Positions 37,631-49,906 of a stretch of 64,000 bases of DNA are shown piece after piece (the first letter of the stretch is position 1; each line of letters starts with the position of its first letter). The notes under the pieces are model-generated. The model worked only from the letters and a program-made list of their open reading frames with translations, did not search any database and had not been told where the DNA came from. The stretch lies in the NCBI RefSeq assembly GCF_018350175.1, contig NC_058369.1, forward strand, positions 14,820,001 to 14,884,000, given 5' to 3'. The translations under genes and the position numbers were made by a program. Origin of the DNA: Felis catus. Its lineage: Eukaryota.

Positions 37631-38529
37631 CACTTGTTTTTGTCAGTCAAAGGGAGCAGGTGTGAAATCTTTGTTCTTTCCTGCCTTCCCCCCTCCTTTC
37701 CTAATTTTTTGGAGTGCGAGGGAGCAGCCTAGGTGAGCTGCAGTTCTTGGAATGGAGTTAAGAGCTGCCCCTGCCTCCCGCCCCCCGGGCCTGGGGCCCA
37801 TGCGCTCTACTGTCTGTGAGCTGGAGCACACAGTTCCTTCCTGATGTCACCCAGGCTGGTGCCCTTCACGTTCAGGAGGGCCTGTCCATTTTCTTGGTAC
37901 ACAAGGAGGAAAACTTGACCTTCCTCTGGGGACCTAGTTTTGTTTTACTTGTTGGGAAAGGAAACTGGCCCAGATGCTGCTCCCACACCCCCATTTCCCC
38001 TTTAGGCCCCGTCTGTCCTTTGGTTTTCTTTCCCAGATCCCTGTGACTTGTTTGTTTCTTACACAGTGTGTAATTCCTAGTTCAGCGCGGCCTGTGTGCT
38101 GCCTCACCTTCTCTTGTGCATAGCTTCACGTGCGATGCTCACCTCTAGTTCTCTGGGGGGCTCCCCTGGTGTCCTAGCGCCCCCTTCAGCTCTCCTGAGG
38201 CTGACCACCTCCACGTCTTCTTCAGACATTCCCTACAGTGGAGAGGGACTTGGTGGTGGGCGGGGAACGAGGCTGTCCCCTCCTTCCCGCCCGCATAGCA
38301 CCCTCACTGCCCTCCTCTATTGCTCATTGCACAGGTGACAGATGTGCTTCCTAACACTGTTTCGTGGCTCCTACTGAGTGGGATCTGGCATTAGCCCACC
38401 TCTCCAGTTCTCTCTCGGTGCCTCCTTAGTACCCCTGCACCTACTCTGTTTGAGTTGCCCCAAATATTCGCATCTCAACAGTTCTCGAGTCCACCGTGTC
38501 CAGCCCCGCTTCCATGCTTGGCGTTTTGC

Positions 38530-39930
38530 AGGAATAGGAAAGCCCATCCTAAAATTCGTATCAACCCTCAAGGGACCCCCGACTCCAAACAGTCTTGAGA
38601 AAGGACAGCAGGATTGGAGGACTTCCACATCCCTGATTCCACAACTTACAGCAAAGCTGCATAATGAAAACGGGATAGTGACTGGCATACAGACAGGAAC
38701 CAAGGGTACAGAATAGAGAACCCAGAAATAAGCCATTTGAGAAGACTTGACATTGAATGTCAAGACCATTCAACGGGAAAAGGCCGCCTCTTCCACAACC
38801 GGTGCTGGGAAAACTGGATCTCTGTGTGCAAAAGAGTGAACTTGTGGACCCTTCCTTGTCACCAGGCGAAGGACTTGAACAGGCATTTCTCCAAAGGAGA
38901 TCTACAAATGGCCAAGAGGCCCGTTGAAAGACGCTCAGCATCATGAGTCGCTAGGGAACTGCAAATCTAAACCACAGTGAGATGCCACCTCGTGCCCATT
39001 AGGATGGCTGCCACAAAACCAAAAATGAAACAAGCGAAACAGAAAATGACAAGCATTGGTGAGAGTGGAGAAATTGGAGCCCTTGTGCGTTGTTGGTGGG
39101 AATGTAGTATGGTAACAGCCACCATACTGGCAGTTCCCCAAAAAGCTGAACAATTGTGTGAGTCCAGGTCTAGAGAGATACCCCACAGCACTGAAAGCAG
39201 AGACTCAAACGGCTACTTGTATACCAATGTTCATAGCAACACTGACAGTAATCAGAAGGTGGAAACAATTCAAATGTCCCAGCAGCAGAAGGATGGGCAA
39301 ACAAAATACGGTGTATACATACAACAGGCTATTCAGCCTTAAAAACGAACAAAGATCGGGGCGCCTGGGTGGCTCCGTCAGTTAAGCGTCCAACTTCTGC
39401 TCAGGTCAACTTCTGCTCAGGTTCGTGGGTTCGTGGGTTCAAGCCCTACCTCGGGCTCTGTGCTGACAGCTCAGAGCCTGGAGCCTGCTTCCGATTCTGT
39501 GTCTCCCCCTCTCTCTCTGCCCCTCCCCTGCTCATGCTCTGTCTCTCTCAAAAATAAAACACTAAAAAGAAAAAAAAAAAAAAGGAATGAAGATTTAACA
39601 CAGGGGCTACAGCGAAGATGAACCTTGGAAACATTTCGCTAAGTTAAATAAGCCAGATGCAAAATGACAAATATTGTATGATCCCACTTATGTGAGGCAT
39701 CTAGAACAGGCAAATTCATAGAGGCAGGAAGTACAGGGGGCTGCTCAAGGACTGGGAGGAGGGAGGGTGGGGAGTTCGTGTTTAATGGGGACAGAGCTTC
39801 TGTTCAAAAAAGTTATGGAGACGGATGGTAGTGATTGTTGCACAACATTGTGGATGTACTTAATGCCACTGAATTGTAACTTAAAACTGGCAAATGTTAC
39901 GTTAATGTGTATTTGTCCGCAATTGAAAAA
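38530..39930 (+). mobile_element. LINE-1 3' fragment (degraded ORF2 end and 3' UTR), interrupted by a Can-SINE at 39358-39583
   Basis: KPILKFV, LFHNRCWENWISVCKR, DLNRHFSK and MRCHLVPIRMA ORF2-like peptides across shifted frames. Confidence 0.88.
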
Positions 39931-40179
39931 ACAGGGCAAAACAGAGAAAAGAGGGAATGGTAGGAGGAGGAATTAGAGACAGCTAGTGGTGAAGGCTCAT
40001 TCAACAAGTTTTTCTACAAAGGGGCAGTAGATGGCAGGGAAGATGGGGACAAGAGAGGGAGGGTTGTTTGGTTTTATTTTTGGTTGTGAGAGGAGAAATA
40101 GCATATTTAGGTAGGCTAATGGCAGTGATCTATCAGTGAGAAGACTGAAGGTGCAGGGAAGGAGCTGTTTAAAAAAATT

Positions 40180-40600
40180 TTTTTAGTATTTATTTATTGT
40201 GGAGAGAGACAGAGACAGAGCTTGAGTCGGGGAGGGGCAGAGTGAGAGGGAGACACAGAATCCGAAGCAGGCTCCGGGCTCCAAGCTGTCAGCACAGAGC
40301 TCGATGTGGGGCTCGAACCCACACACGGTGAGATCATGACCTGAGCCAAAGTCAGATGCCCATCCGACTGAGCCACCCAGGCGCCCCAGGAAGGGGAGCT
40401 GTTTAAAGAACAGTGAGCCTAGGGGCACCTGGGTGGCTCATTTGGTTAAGCATCCAGCTCTTGATTTTAGCTGGGGTCATGATCTCATGGTTCGTGAGTT
40501 TGAGCCCCACATTGGGCTCTGCACTAACCATGGAGCCTGCTTGGGATTCTCCCTGTCTCTCTCTCTCTCTCTCTGCCCGTCCCCCACTCACACTGTCTCT

Positions 40601-40638
<38 letters not shown>

Positions 40639-40678
40639 ATAAATAAAATAAACCTAAAATTAAAAAAAAAAAAAAGAG
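40180..40678. mobile_element. Two Can-SINEs head to head (- 40180-40387, + 40422-40678)
   Basis: SINE bodies; first has TSD-like GAGCTGTTTAAA. Confidence 0.9.
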
Positions 40679-40849
40679 CACTGAGCCCAAGGTGAGCTGG
40701 GGTCCGATGCGCAAGTGAGGGTTGGCTTAGCAAGGAATGCGGACATCTCACTGCAGAGGTCAGGAACGGCCGTCCGCGGGCAGAGAGCCAGGTAGGTGGC
40801 TGGACGTGGTTGGAAGGGGCTCGTAGAAGTTCTTTTCTCAAAGTTCCCC

Positions 40850-41773
40850 AAACTTTAAGTCATTAAGAAAAAGACAGGACACCTCAAGAGAAAACTGGGC
40901 AAGGCATATGAATTGATAATTCATAGAAGACGAAGATTGAACAGCTCATAAACAGACACAACGTGTCAATCTCACTGGTAATAGGAAAATGCAAATAAGA
41001 CCACAGTGAGGAGAAAAGAGAAAGGCATGCCAGAGGCTGAAAATACTTGCAAAACATCTATCCTGTAAAGGACTGGTCTCCAGCGTTGGGGTGTGGGTGG
41101 GAGGGGGTTTGTGCTGTGTGAGGCTCCCTTTCCACAGGGCTTGGTCCAGTAACCTCACCACCCACCTTGCAGTGGTCTGGCGTGCAATGCCTCTCTGGGC
41201 TCACAGGAGCAGCACTGCATTTGTTTTTCCAACGCCTCTCAAAGGTCACATCATTCCAGGGACCTGGGCAATGGTGGTAGGCATGGTTAAATGTTGCTAA
41301 AAGAGATCGTGCCATTCACGACATTGAGACACCTGGTTACTATTTAGAGAAAAATAAAGCAGGGTTCCTACCTCATGCCTTATTCTGCCATAAATTCCAG
41401 AAGGGTCAAAGATGAAACTGTAAAGGAGAGGAAAATGAAGGCGTGTGTGAAAAGTAATCTTGGCGCGAAGATGTTTCCAAGGAAACGGGAAACCTAGAAA
41501 CAAAGGGAAAGATAAACCGACTCCATAAAAGTTAAAAAAAAAAAAAAATGGATGTGTAGCAAAACTCAGAGTCAGAAGGTAATGAATATTCTGAAGTCTA
41601 AAAAGAGCTCCTGTGGATCTATAGGAACGTGACCCACACTCCAAAAGATAAGGGCACAGTATTAGGTAGCCGAGAGTATTCTATGAAAAGATACTCAGTC
41701 TTACTTGTGATGGGGGGGGGGGCGGTGGTAATGGAATAAAATCGAAACAACATTGAGATTGCTTATCTATCTT

Positions 41774-41823
<50 letters not shown>

Positions 41824-42300
41824 CATCCATCCATCTATCCATCCATCCATCTATCTATCAGACTGGCCACAATGAAAAGTTTGGGAGTGGCCAGGGTTTG
41901 GTTGGTTGGCTGGTTTTTAAAGGCATCTTCCCATCTTTTTGTGGGAGCCACTGGCACAGTCTCTGGAAGGCTCTTTCAGCATGTACTGAAATTCCAGGTG
42001 TATGTATCCTGTGACCCAGCAGTTGACTTTGGAAGATTTATGTCACAGATGTTGTCACCCGCAAGTGCAAAGACGTGTGCGAGGAAGTGACGTATGAGGT
42101 CTGGAACAACTTCAAGGCCCACCCAGAGGCAGTAGTGGCCGCTGAAGAGAATGACGTCTACTTGGATGGTTAAGAAATCAACTCCAAGGTATGTTTTAGC
42201 TCGTACAGGATGGGATGTTGAGAAAGCCCCCGCTTATGTCAGTAAATGTCTATGGCAGAGGAAACTGGAAAGATACTTTATACTGGTGGCCTCTGGAGAG
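40850..42300 (+). mobile_element. Old degraded LINE-1 fragments
   Basis: aaaatacttgcaaaacatctatc, gaaaatgcaaataa and tgacccagcagtt motifs; boundaries approximate. Confidence 0.55.
41764..41858. repeat. Compound (TATC)n/(CATC)n tetranucleotide STR
   Basis: Direct reading. Confidence 0.95.
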
Positions 42301-42403
42301 AGGGTCTGAGGGTCTGTGGTGGGAGAGACTTAGTTTTTACAGTGGGCATTGATCACTTTCCATCCTGTCTGGAATCTCTTTGATTCCTAAATAAGAAGAT
42401 TCA

Positions 42404-42600
42404 AGGGGCGCCTGGGTGGCTCAGTCAGTTAAGTGACCGACTTCGGCTCAGGTCATGATCTCAGGGCTCGTGAGTTGAAGCCCTTGCGTTGGGCTCGCCG
42501 CTCTCAGCACAGAGCCTGCTTCGGATCCTCTGTCCCCCTTTCTCTCTGCCCCTCCCCTGCTTGCGTGCTCTCAAAAATAAATAAAACATGAAAAAAAATC
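42404..42600 (+). mobile_element. Can-SINE
   Basis: SINE head and tail. Confidence 0.88.
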
Positions 42601-43609
42601 ATTCTAAAACACCCCAGGATCTCCGATAGCTGGCAGAGTTGGCAGTGGCCCCTGCCTCTTCCCAGGCCGCCCACGGCAAGTGAGCCCTTCCATCTGAGGC
42701 AGAGCCCGGCAAGGGCTAAGCAGGCAGCAGCAAAGCAGATGGGGACACGTGACATGACACGTGTGGCAGAGGCCCCGGCAAAGTGTTTCACAAGAGGGAG
42801 GCCCAGTTCCCTCGGGGGGATCAGGGAGGGCACGGAGAGCAGGGGGCACAGGAGAGTCATCCACGTTGAGCAGAAAATTAAACCTGGGAATTCGGGGCAG
42901 AGGAGGCCTTGAGGCCTCCCCGGAAGGGGAGGCAGCTGGGGGGGGGGGGGAAAGGCTGCAGATCTTGGGGCCCCAGGAGCCAGAAGGCAGGTGAGGAGCC
43001 TTGGGGGTGGGCATTGGGCCGGTGCCTCACTGATGCTGCCTTGTACCGTTCACCAATTGTTCGGCAGGTTTTAGGTTTTTTACCCCAGCTGGCATCTGAA
43101 CCACACAATAGTGTTGTTCCGGTCGCGACAGTGCTATTCCTGGTCAACCCGTCAAAACTGTCAAGAAATACACATTGGCTGATGTCTATTCTGAGTGCAG
43201 GTTAAGTAGGCTCCGTGCCCAGCACAGAGCCCAACTCGGGGCTTGAACTCAGGACTCAGGATCAAGACCTGAGCTGAGATCAAGAGCTGGATGCTTAACC
43301 GACTGAGCCACCCAGGTGCCCCTTGAAGGCAGGTTTTCAGGTCTGACCTGAGCTTAGAACCCAGCCTCTCTCCCAGTGGCCCCGCCTCTCCCAGCCTCAG
43401 CTTCCCCAGCTGCCAACGGTTTACACAGAAGGTCCCCTCCTGCCTTCTGGCTGGGCTTCAGTTTGGGTGAGCAAATTATTCCAGTTCCCCCCGGACATTC
43501 CTGGTTTTAGGACTAAGCGTGCTGTGTCCCAGGAAACTCTCAGTCCTGGGCAGACAGGAGGGCTGGTCACCAAAGTCCACTCGGTTCACGAAACTCCATT
43601 TACCCAGAG

Positions 43610-44705
43610 CAGCGGTACTCAGGCAGCTTGGTTTCATGTCCCCTTTACACACTTACAAATTATCGAAGACCCCAGTCAGCTTGTGGTTATGACGTTTCTA
43701 CCCGCAAATTTTTACCATTTCAGAAATGTAAATTGAGAAGTTAAATTATTTTTAATGTTTATGTACTTTTAGAGAGACGGAGACAGAATGCGAGTGAGGA
43801 AGGGGCAGAGAGAGAGGGAGACACAGAATCCGAAGCAGGCTTCAGGCTCTGAGCTGTCAGCACAGAGTCCGACGCGGGGCTCGAACTCACAAGCTGTGAG
43901 ACCATGACCTGAGCCGAAGTTGGATGCTCAACCGACTGAGCCACCCAGGTGCTCCATAAACTGAGAAGTTTAAAAAAATATTTATTTTCTTCTGAGAGAA
44001 GAATAATAAATTCTCCGCCCATTACATAAATAACGTATTTTTATGAAAAACAGCTATATTTTTTTGGAAGCCTAAAATGTAGAGAAGAGAGTAGCATTGT
44101 TTTACATTTCTGTAAATCTTGTTAATATCTGGCTTAGTAGAATTCAGCTGGATTTTCCCAATTGCTTTTGCATTCAGTTGTGTTTTTTAACATGTTTATT
44201 TATTTTTGAGAGAGAGGGAGACAGAGAGTGGGTGAGGGGCAGAGAGAGAGAGGGAGACAGAGAATCCCAAGCAGGCTCCACACCGTCAGCACAGAGCACA
44301 AGTCAGGGCTCGAACTCACGAACCGTGGGGTCACGCACGCCCTGAGCTGAAACCAAGAGTCGGATGTTTAACCGACTGAGCCACCCGGGCGCCCCCTGCA
44401 TTCAGTCCTTGAGATGCATTTTTTTTCTGGTTGAAATCTATGAAGAAAATCTGACCTCACTCAGATACGGAGATGAAAAAGGCAGGAATATTTCCACAGC
44501 CTTTTCACATAACGGGTGTTCTTCTTTGATACTGTCCCCATCCGCCACCAGTGGTAGTTTCTTAAAGCCGATGGCAGTGTGGACTCTGAGCCACATCACT
44601 GTACCCTTGAGGGGATGACAACAAAGAGGCAGCTCTTGGGATTATTGTACAAAGACTCGCAGGCCTCTAGACTCCGGGGAGCCCCGGCCACACTGAGAAC
44701 GCTCT
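43610..44705. mobile_element. Charlie-type hAT non-autonomous element interrupted by two antisense Can-SINEs (43745-43955, 44183-44396)
   Basis: Ends cagcggtactc..cccctttacacactta..gaagacccc and ..ggagccccggccacactgagaacgc; both SINEs have TSDs. Confidence 0.6.
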
Positions 44706-46501
44706 CCAGGGGCCCGCGGGGACTCTAGCCACGTGGTTGTGCTTGCATGTGGGTGGCCGGCCAACGAGTGTCCATTGCTGGGTGAGTCTGAAGTGCTCCC
44801 TCTGCCAGGCGGCTGTGAGCGTGTGCTCTGTAAACGGTGGGGGCTCCCGTTCCCCACGGCCGGCCGGCTCATCCCAGTTAGAGGCTGCTGACCCGCCCTG
44901 ACCGCCGGGTCTTTCCGTGTCCACGGAAAGACGTGCCTGTTCCTTCCCCTCCTGTGCTGGCACATTCTGGCGACTGGAGGCTCGGTCGTCTCATTTTGGG
45001 GGGTTGTTAGGAGGTTCGGCCGCATATAACAATTTCCTGCTACAGTGCTTGACACGGCCGGGGCCCGTTGGTGGCCTGTTCCCGGGTGGCGCTCACCAGT
45101 GTTGGGGTTTGGGAAGCAGCGGGCTGAGCCCCCTCTGCTTGCTTCAGAGATGAGGAAACCAGCCCAGAGAGATGGGGCCGGTGGCCCGAGGCTGCCCAGC
45201 AAGGCAGTGGTTGAGTCCGTTCTGCTGACTCCCGGCGCAGTGCTCCCTCGGGACGTCCGCCAAGCCCAGCCCTGCAGGCTGTGAGCCAAGCAGGAGCAAC
45301 TAGAACGCCCAGGTGTCGCAAGAGTCACGTCCAAGTTTAGGTGACAGAAGATGAGGTCACGAGGTTGGGAATCTCTGAACCCCAGCTGACCTCCGAGGTC
45401 CTCTGCTGGGGGCCCGACGACTTTCCCCTGTCAGGTGCCCCATTACCGCTACTGCTTCTTCACCGTGAGAAATGTGTGACCACGAGCGGGCCTGCTGGGT
45501 TGGCTGTGGAGCCACGGCCACCAGCTGGGGCTTCTGGTTGCGACTGTGTAACTAGGGCTCCCACTGCGGGTGGGGGAAACTGGATGCAACAGTTAGGGCG
45601 TTAGTTTCCCGCTGCCCCGCAACAAATTACCCACGAGGGCAGTGCTTTCAAACCACAACCCTGTGGCTTCTCACCAGGACTCCATCAGGGCCCCTCACGG
45701 CCTGCAGGCCTCTCAGAGGGGTGGGGGGGGGGCCCGGCCCAGGCTGCCTGCACACCACTGCGGCAGGCCTCGGTCTCTCACCCCGTGGGCCTCTCCCCAG
45801 GACGGGTCCCCACCGGGCGTCGGCCCATCAGAGCCGAGAGCGAGGGTGGCCGCACCCAGGGCGGAAGCCGAAGGCTCCTTGTAACCTAACCTCAGATGTG
45901 ACATTCACCACTTCTCCTGGATTTTGTTTAGAAGCGAGGCACCGGGGCGTTCCACAGGCAGGAGGCTGCCCAGCACACCTGGAAGAGGGATTTGCTTTGT
46001 TTTGCAGGAACTAGAATCGTCCATTGGGATTTCTGAAAGCGTGAGTATCACTGGGGCTCAGCCTCACCTTCCACCTCCCTTTCCCTGAATTGCTCTGTCA
46101 TCAGCATGGGGCCTGGAGGCACAGGGCAGGGACAGGTGGGGTGGGCCACTAGGCGGGACAGGAGGGCACCTGCAGCCAGAGAAGAGAGGTGCCTGGGTCC
46201 TCAGTTAAGATGGTGTGTGTGTCCCTCTTCAGCCGGACCCTCTGTCCGTCTCTCTCCGGTGTATTTGTGTCCCTTCTGACCACTCCCGGGCGTGGGGTGG
46301 TGCTCGTTCCCTCTGAATCAGGAGAGGTGGACCGTGTCGTCCAGCCGGGCTGCCTGACAGGACACTGGAGGCCCAGGCCGCACTGTCTTTTGAGGCTCCT
46401 TATAAATTAAAACCAAACGACCTCCAAAACAGGCTTCAGGAACTGTGGCACATTGTAAAAGCCTGAATTTAACAAACTGGTATCTTTATATATATACATA
46501 A

Positions 46502-47220
46502 TTTTTTTTTAAGTTTATTTCTTTATTTTGAGAGACAGACGCAGCGTGAGGGAGGGGCAGAGAGAGAGAATCCCAAGCAGGCTCCGACCTGGCAGTGCAC
46601 AGCCCGACTCAGGGCTCGAGCCCACAAAGCTGTGAGATCATGACCTGAGCTGAAACCAAGAGTCGGACACTAAACTGACTGAGCCACCCAGACGCCCCAT
46701 AAACTGGTGTCTTTAATATTCAGGAGACAGAGGGAAGTGTGACTGTGGTTTTCACCAGGCCTGATGGAGTTTGCAAAGAACTTTCATGCTCTGGACAGAA
46801 GGGGAAGGAGTGTGGTCGAACCCAGGCCACGGGTTCAGAGATTTGTGACAAGTGTCATTTTAGTCCCGCACTTGCCTGTACAGCCTTTTTTAGAGATTAC
46901 ATCAAAAGTCTACGTTAGGGCCCTCTGCTCATTTATTTTTGCATTTATATAGCACTTACTATGCGTCAAGCACTGTTGTAAGTGCTTTTCCAAGAGGAAC
47001 TCAGGGCACCTGGGTGGCTTTCTCAGTTGAGCATCCGACTTCGGCTCAGGTCATGATCTCACACTTTGTGGGTTCGAGCCCCACGTTGGGCTCTGTGCTG
47101 ACATCTCAGAGCCTGGAGCCTGCTTCTGATTCTGCGTTTCCCTCTCTCTCTCTGCCCCTCCCCCACTCATGCTCTGCCTCTCTCACTCTCAAAAATAAAC
47201 ATAAAAGAATAATAATAAAA
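46502..47220. mobile_element. Two Can-SINEs (- 46502-46698, + 47003-47220)
   Basis: TSDs AAACTGGT(A/G)TCTTTA and AAGAGGAACTCA. Confidence 0.9.
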
Positions 47221-48505
47221 GAGGAACTCAAGTGGCTTTGCCCTTTCTCCGGTTTCCATAAAGTGGAAGAATGTCCAGCCGGGACGCATCAGGGTTTGGG
47301 AGAGATGCGGGCCACTCCCAGTTAATTTCCAAAATAGAAGATGCCCAAATGGGTATAAACATTTTAACGATCACCATTTCACGGAGGAGGAAACTGAGGC
47401 ACAGAACGTGAGCATCTGTCCCAGGTCACACGGTGAGTGTGTGCACAGGCCCTCCTGGGCACCCTGCCCGTCCGGACAGGCCACGCCCTCCATGTGTTCT
47501 GTGATGCTCTGGGGAGCCACACTGGGCGGGGGTGCCAGGCTGGGCTGGCAACCCCTTGTTCCACCGGGGTGGACGCTGATGCCCACCCCTCATGCGTGCG
47601 TCAGATGGACGTGCTCGCCAGGAATTGGTCCGGGAGCTACCAGAGGCGCCTGGCTGGTACCTGTGGGCGGGCGGTGCCCTAGGCTCTACCCGGTGTTCTC
47701 CGGGACCCTGAGCACAGGTCGGCAGGATACCAGGAGGGAGAGGGGAGAGGCCCCAGGAGTGGGGCTCCCAGCACCCCCAGTCGCTGCTCACCCCGCCTGG
47801 CATTTCTGAGCTGAGAGCGTGGGGTCCCCACCCCAGCACGCACTGAATCCACCTATGATCCAGCCCACGACGTGAGAAGAACCTCAGAGTGGACACCCAC
47901 CGGAGCGAGATGAGAGAAACTGGAGACCCTGTCGGGTAGGGGCCCGCCCCCTCCCTCCCTTTCCTCCCTCTCCCAGGAATTTTCCAGCACAAACCCGGTC
48001 TCCAGACCCTCCCCGCCCCCAAGACTCGTGGAGGCCCCAACCGCTCTCAGAGACTGATCCAAGTTGTACACAGGTGTCCACTGCTCCTGAAATGCAGTAT
48101 TTTTCACAAGCAGATCAGCTGGAGGTGTGCGTACAGGCAGCGTCCTGGACCGGTGCCCTTGCCCCCAGCGGTGGAGGCTGGGAATCTGCACTGAATGAAG
48201 GGACGTGCTCCCCTTTGCAGGAAGGCCTCACGTGGGAACGGCCACGGGCGGGGGCCCCAGGCCGGCTTGTGAATTTGCCGGATCTGCTGCTTCGGTTCCA
48301 TCTTCTACGCTCCAGCCCCTCTCGGCCAAGCAAGTACCGTTTACTCCAGCACCCCTGGGTCCTCCCCATCCACTGCTCCCCGGGGCTAACGCTGCCTTTG
48401 GGACCCTGGGGGCCTCCACCTCAGGGCGCAGAAAGATCAGGTCAGTCAAGGGGATTCCAACTTTGAGTAGCCTGGGAGAAGAGCATTTTAAACAAGGTGC
48501 CCCTT

Positions 48506-49906
48506 GGGGGCCCCTGGGTGGCTCAGTCAGTTAAGCGGCTGACTCTTGATTTTGGCTCAGGTCTTGATCTCAAGGTTCGCGAGTGTGAGCCCCACATCGG
48601 GCTCTGTGCTGACAGCTCAGAGCCCTCTTGGGACCTTCTGTCCCCTTCTGCTCTTCCCTAACTCGTTCTCTCTCTCTCAACAAAATAAACATTAAAAAAC
48701 AAACAAGGTGCCCTTTCCTGACCTTGGGGTAAAGCAGATACCCCCCAAGGGGCACCCCACTTGAAGCCTCCCACCTTGCCCACCCGTGCCCCAGTGGGTC
48801 TGGAAGCATGGCCAGCAGGCCGTTCAGGAGCCCACCCTGAGGCGCCCAGGTCTGCAGACGGGCTCTTGCAGGGCGTGGGCCGGCCCAGCTTGGGAGACTT
48901 GGGCAGGCACAGGGGAGGGAGACCCCGTGGCCAGCAGGTCCCCCTTCCCTTGAGCAGGGGTCTGTTCTGGGGTGGGGGGCAGGTTCGTCTTCCCGGGAGG
49001 AGGTACCTCCTCGTGTGGACTGAACGCCCTTCTTCGTTCACCGAAGGTGCTCCTTGGTGTTGTGCCCTCCAGAGCACAGATGATCAATATGCTTTTAATT
49101 AAAACTCAGACTGCTTCAAGATGACTGTGTGGTCCCCTGGGTCATTTTCTTCTTTCTGCCAACAAGTTTCTTAAAGTATCTTGTGCTGGGCATCACGTGG
49201 GCCCTTGGGGAGCCATCTGATCCTCTGAATTTCCCGGGTCAAGGGCCTCTTGAGAGGTTGGGCTTTCTTTTTTTCTCTTTTTTAATACTTATTTGAGAGA
49301 GAGAGCAAGCAGGGGAGGGGCAGAGAGAGAAAGAATCCTAAGCAGGCTCAGCACAGAGCATGACGCTGGCTCGAACCCATGAACTGTGAGATCATGACCT
49401 GAGCTGAGTGGGACGCTCAATCGACTGAGCCCCTCAGTCTCCCTGGTCGGGCTTCTTTATTGAGCCTTATTCAGGACACCCCGCCCCTCTCTCAGAGGCT
49501 GTAACCCTATCAGACACATTCTGGCAGAGTCATGTGTTGAATGAGTGTCTTTTAGTGTGTAATCTGCATGACATTCAGGGGCAGTGGCCTGGCTTCTAAA
49601 GTCAAAACCCCTCAACCTTGGGCACTCTTGCCCCAAATGCCCACTTCTGTGGCATACAGTAGTTCGATAAATGCATGAAAGGTAACTTTTCCTGGGCGCC
49701 TGGGTGCCTGAGTTGGTTGAGCGTCCAACTTTGGCTCAGGTCATGATCTCATGGTTCGAGCCCCACATCAGGCTTTCTGCTGCCAGTACGGGACTCACTT
49801 CGGATCCTGTGTCTCTCTCTCTCTGCTCCTCCCCTGGTCTCTCTCTCAAAAATGAATAAACATTAAAAAAATAATAAAAATAATAAAAAAAGAAAGAAAG
49901 AAAGAA
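48506..49906. mobile_element. Three Can-SINEs (+ 48506-48705, - 49264-49445, + 49694-49906)
   Basis: TSDs AAACAAGGTGCCC and GAAAGGTAA(C/G)TTTTCCT. Confidence 0.88.

Noticed and set aside
42860..43000. Possible TGM4 exon 1 or promoter (CAG|GTGAGG donor)
   Set aside because: No recognisable start peptide; the donor-like sequence could be chance
44642..45334. 230-aa minus-strand ORF and neighbours
   Set aside because: Low-complexity P/G/R/S composition expected by chance in GC-rich DNA; no recognisable domain; overlaps a transposon end
46738..46790. VTVVFTRPDGVCKE resembling TGM4 VTVAVTSSPNA..CKE
   Set aside because: Order fits but the match is too short and lacks clear splice sites
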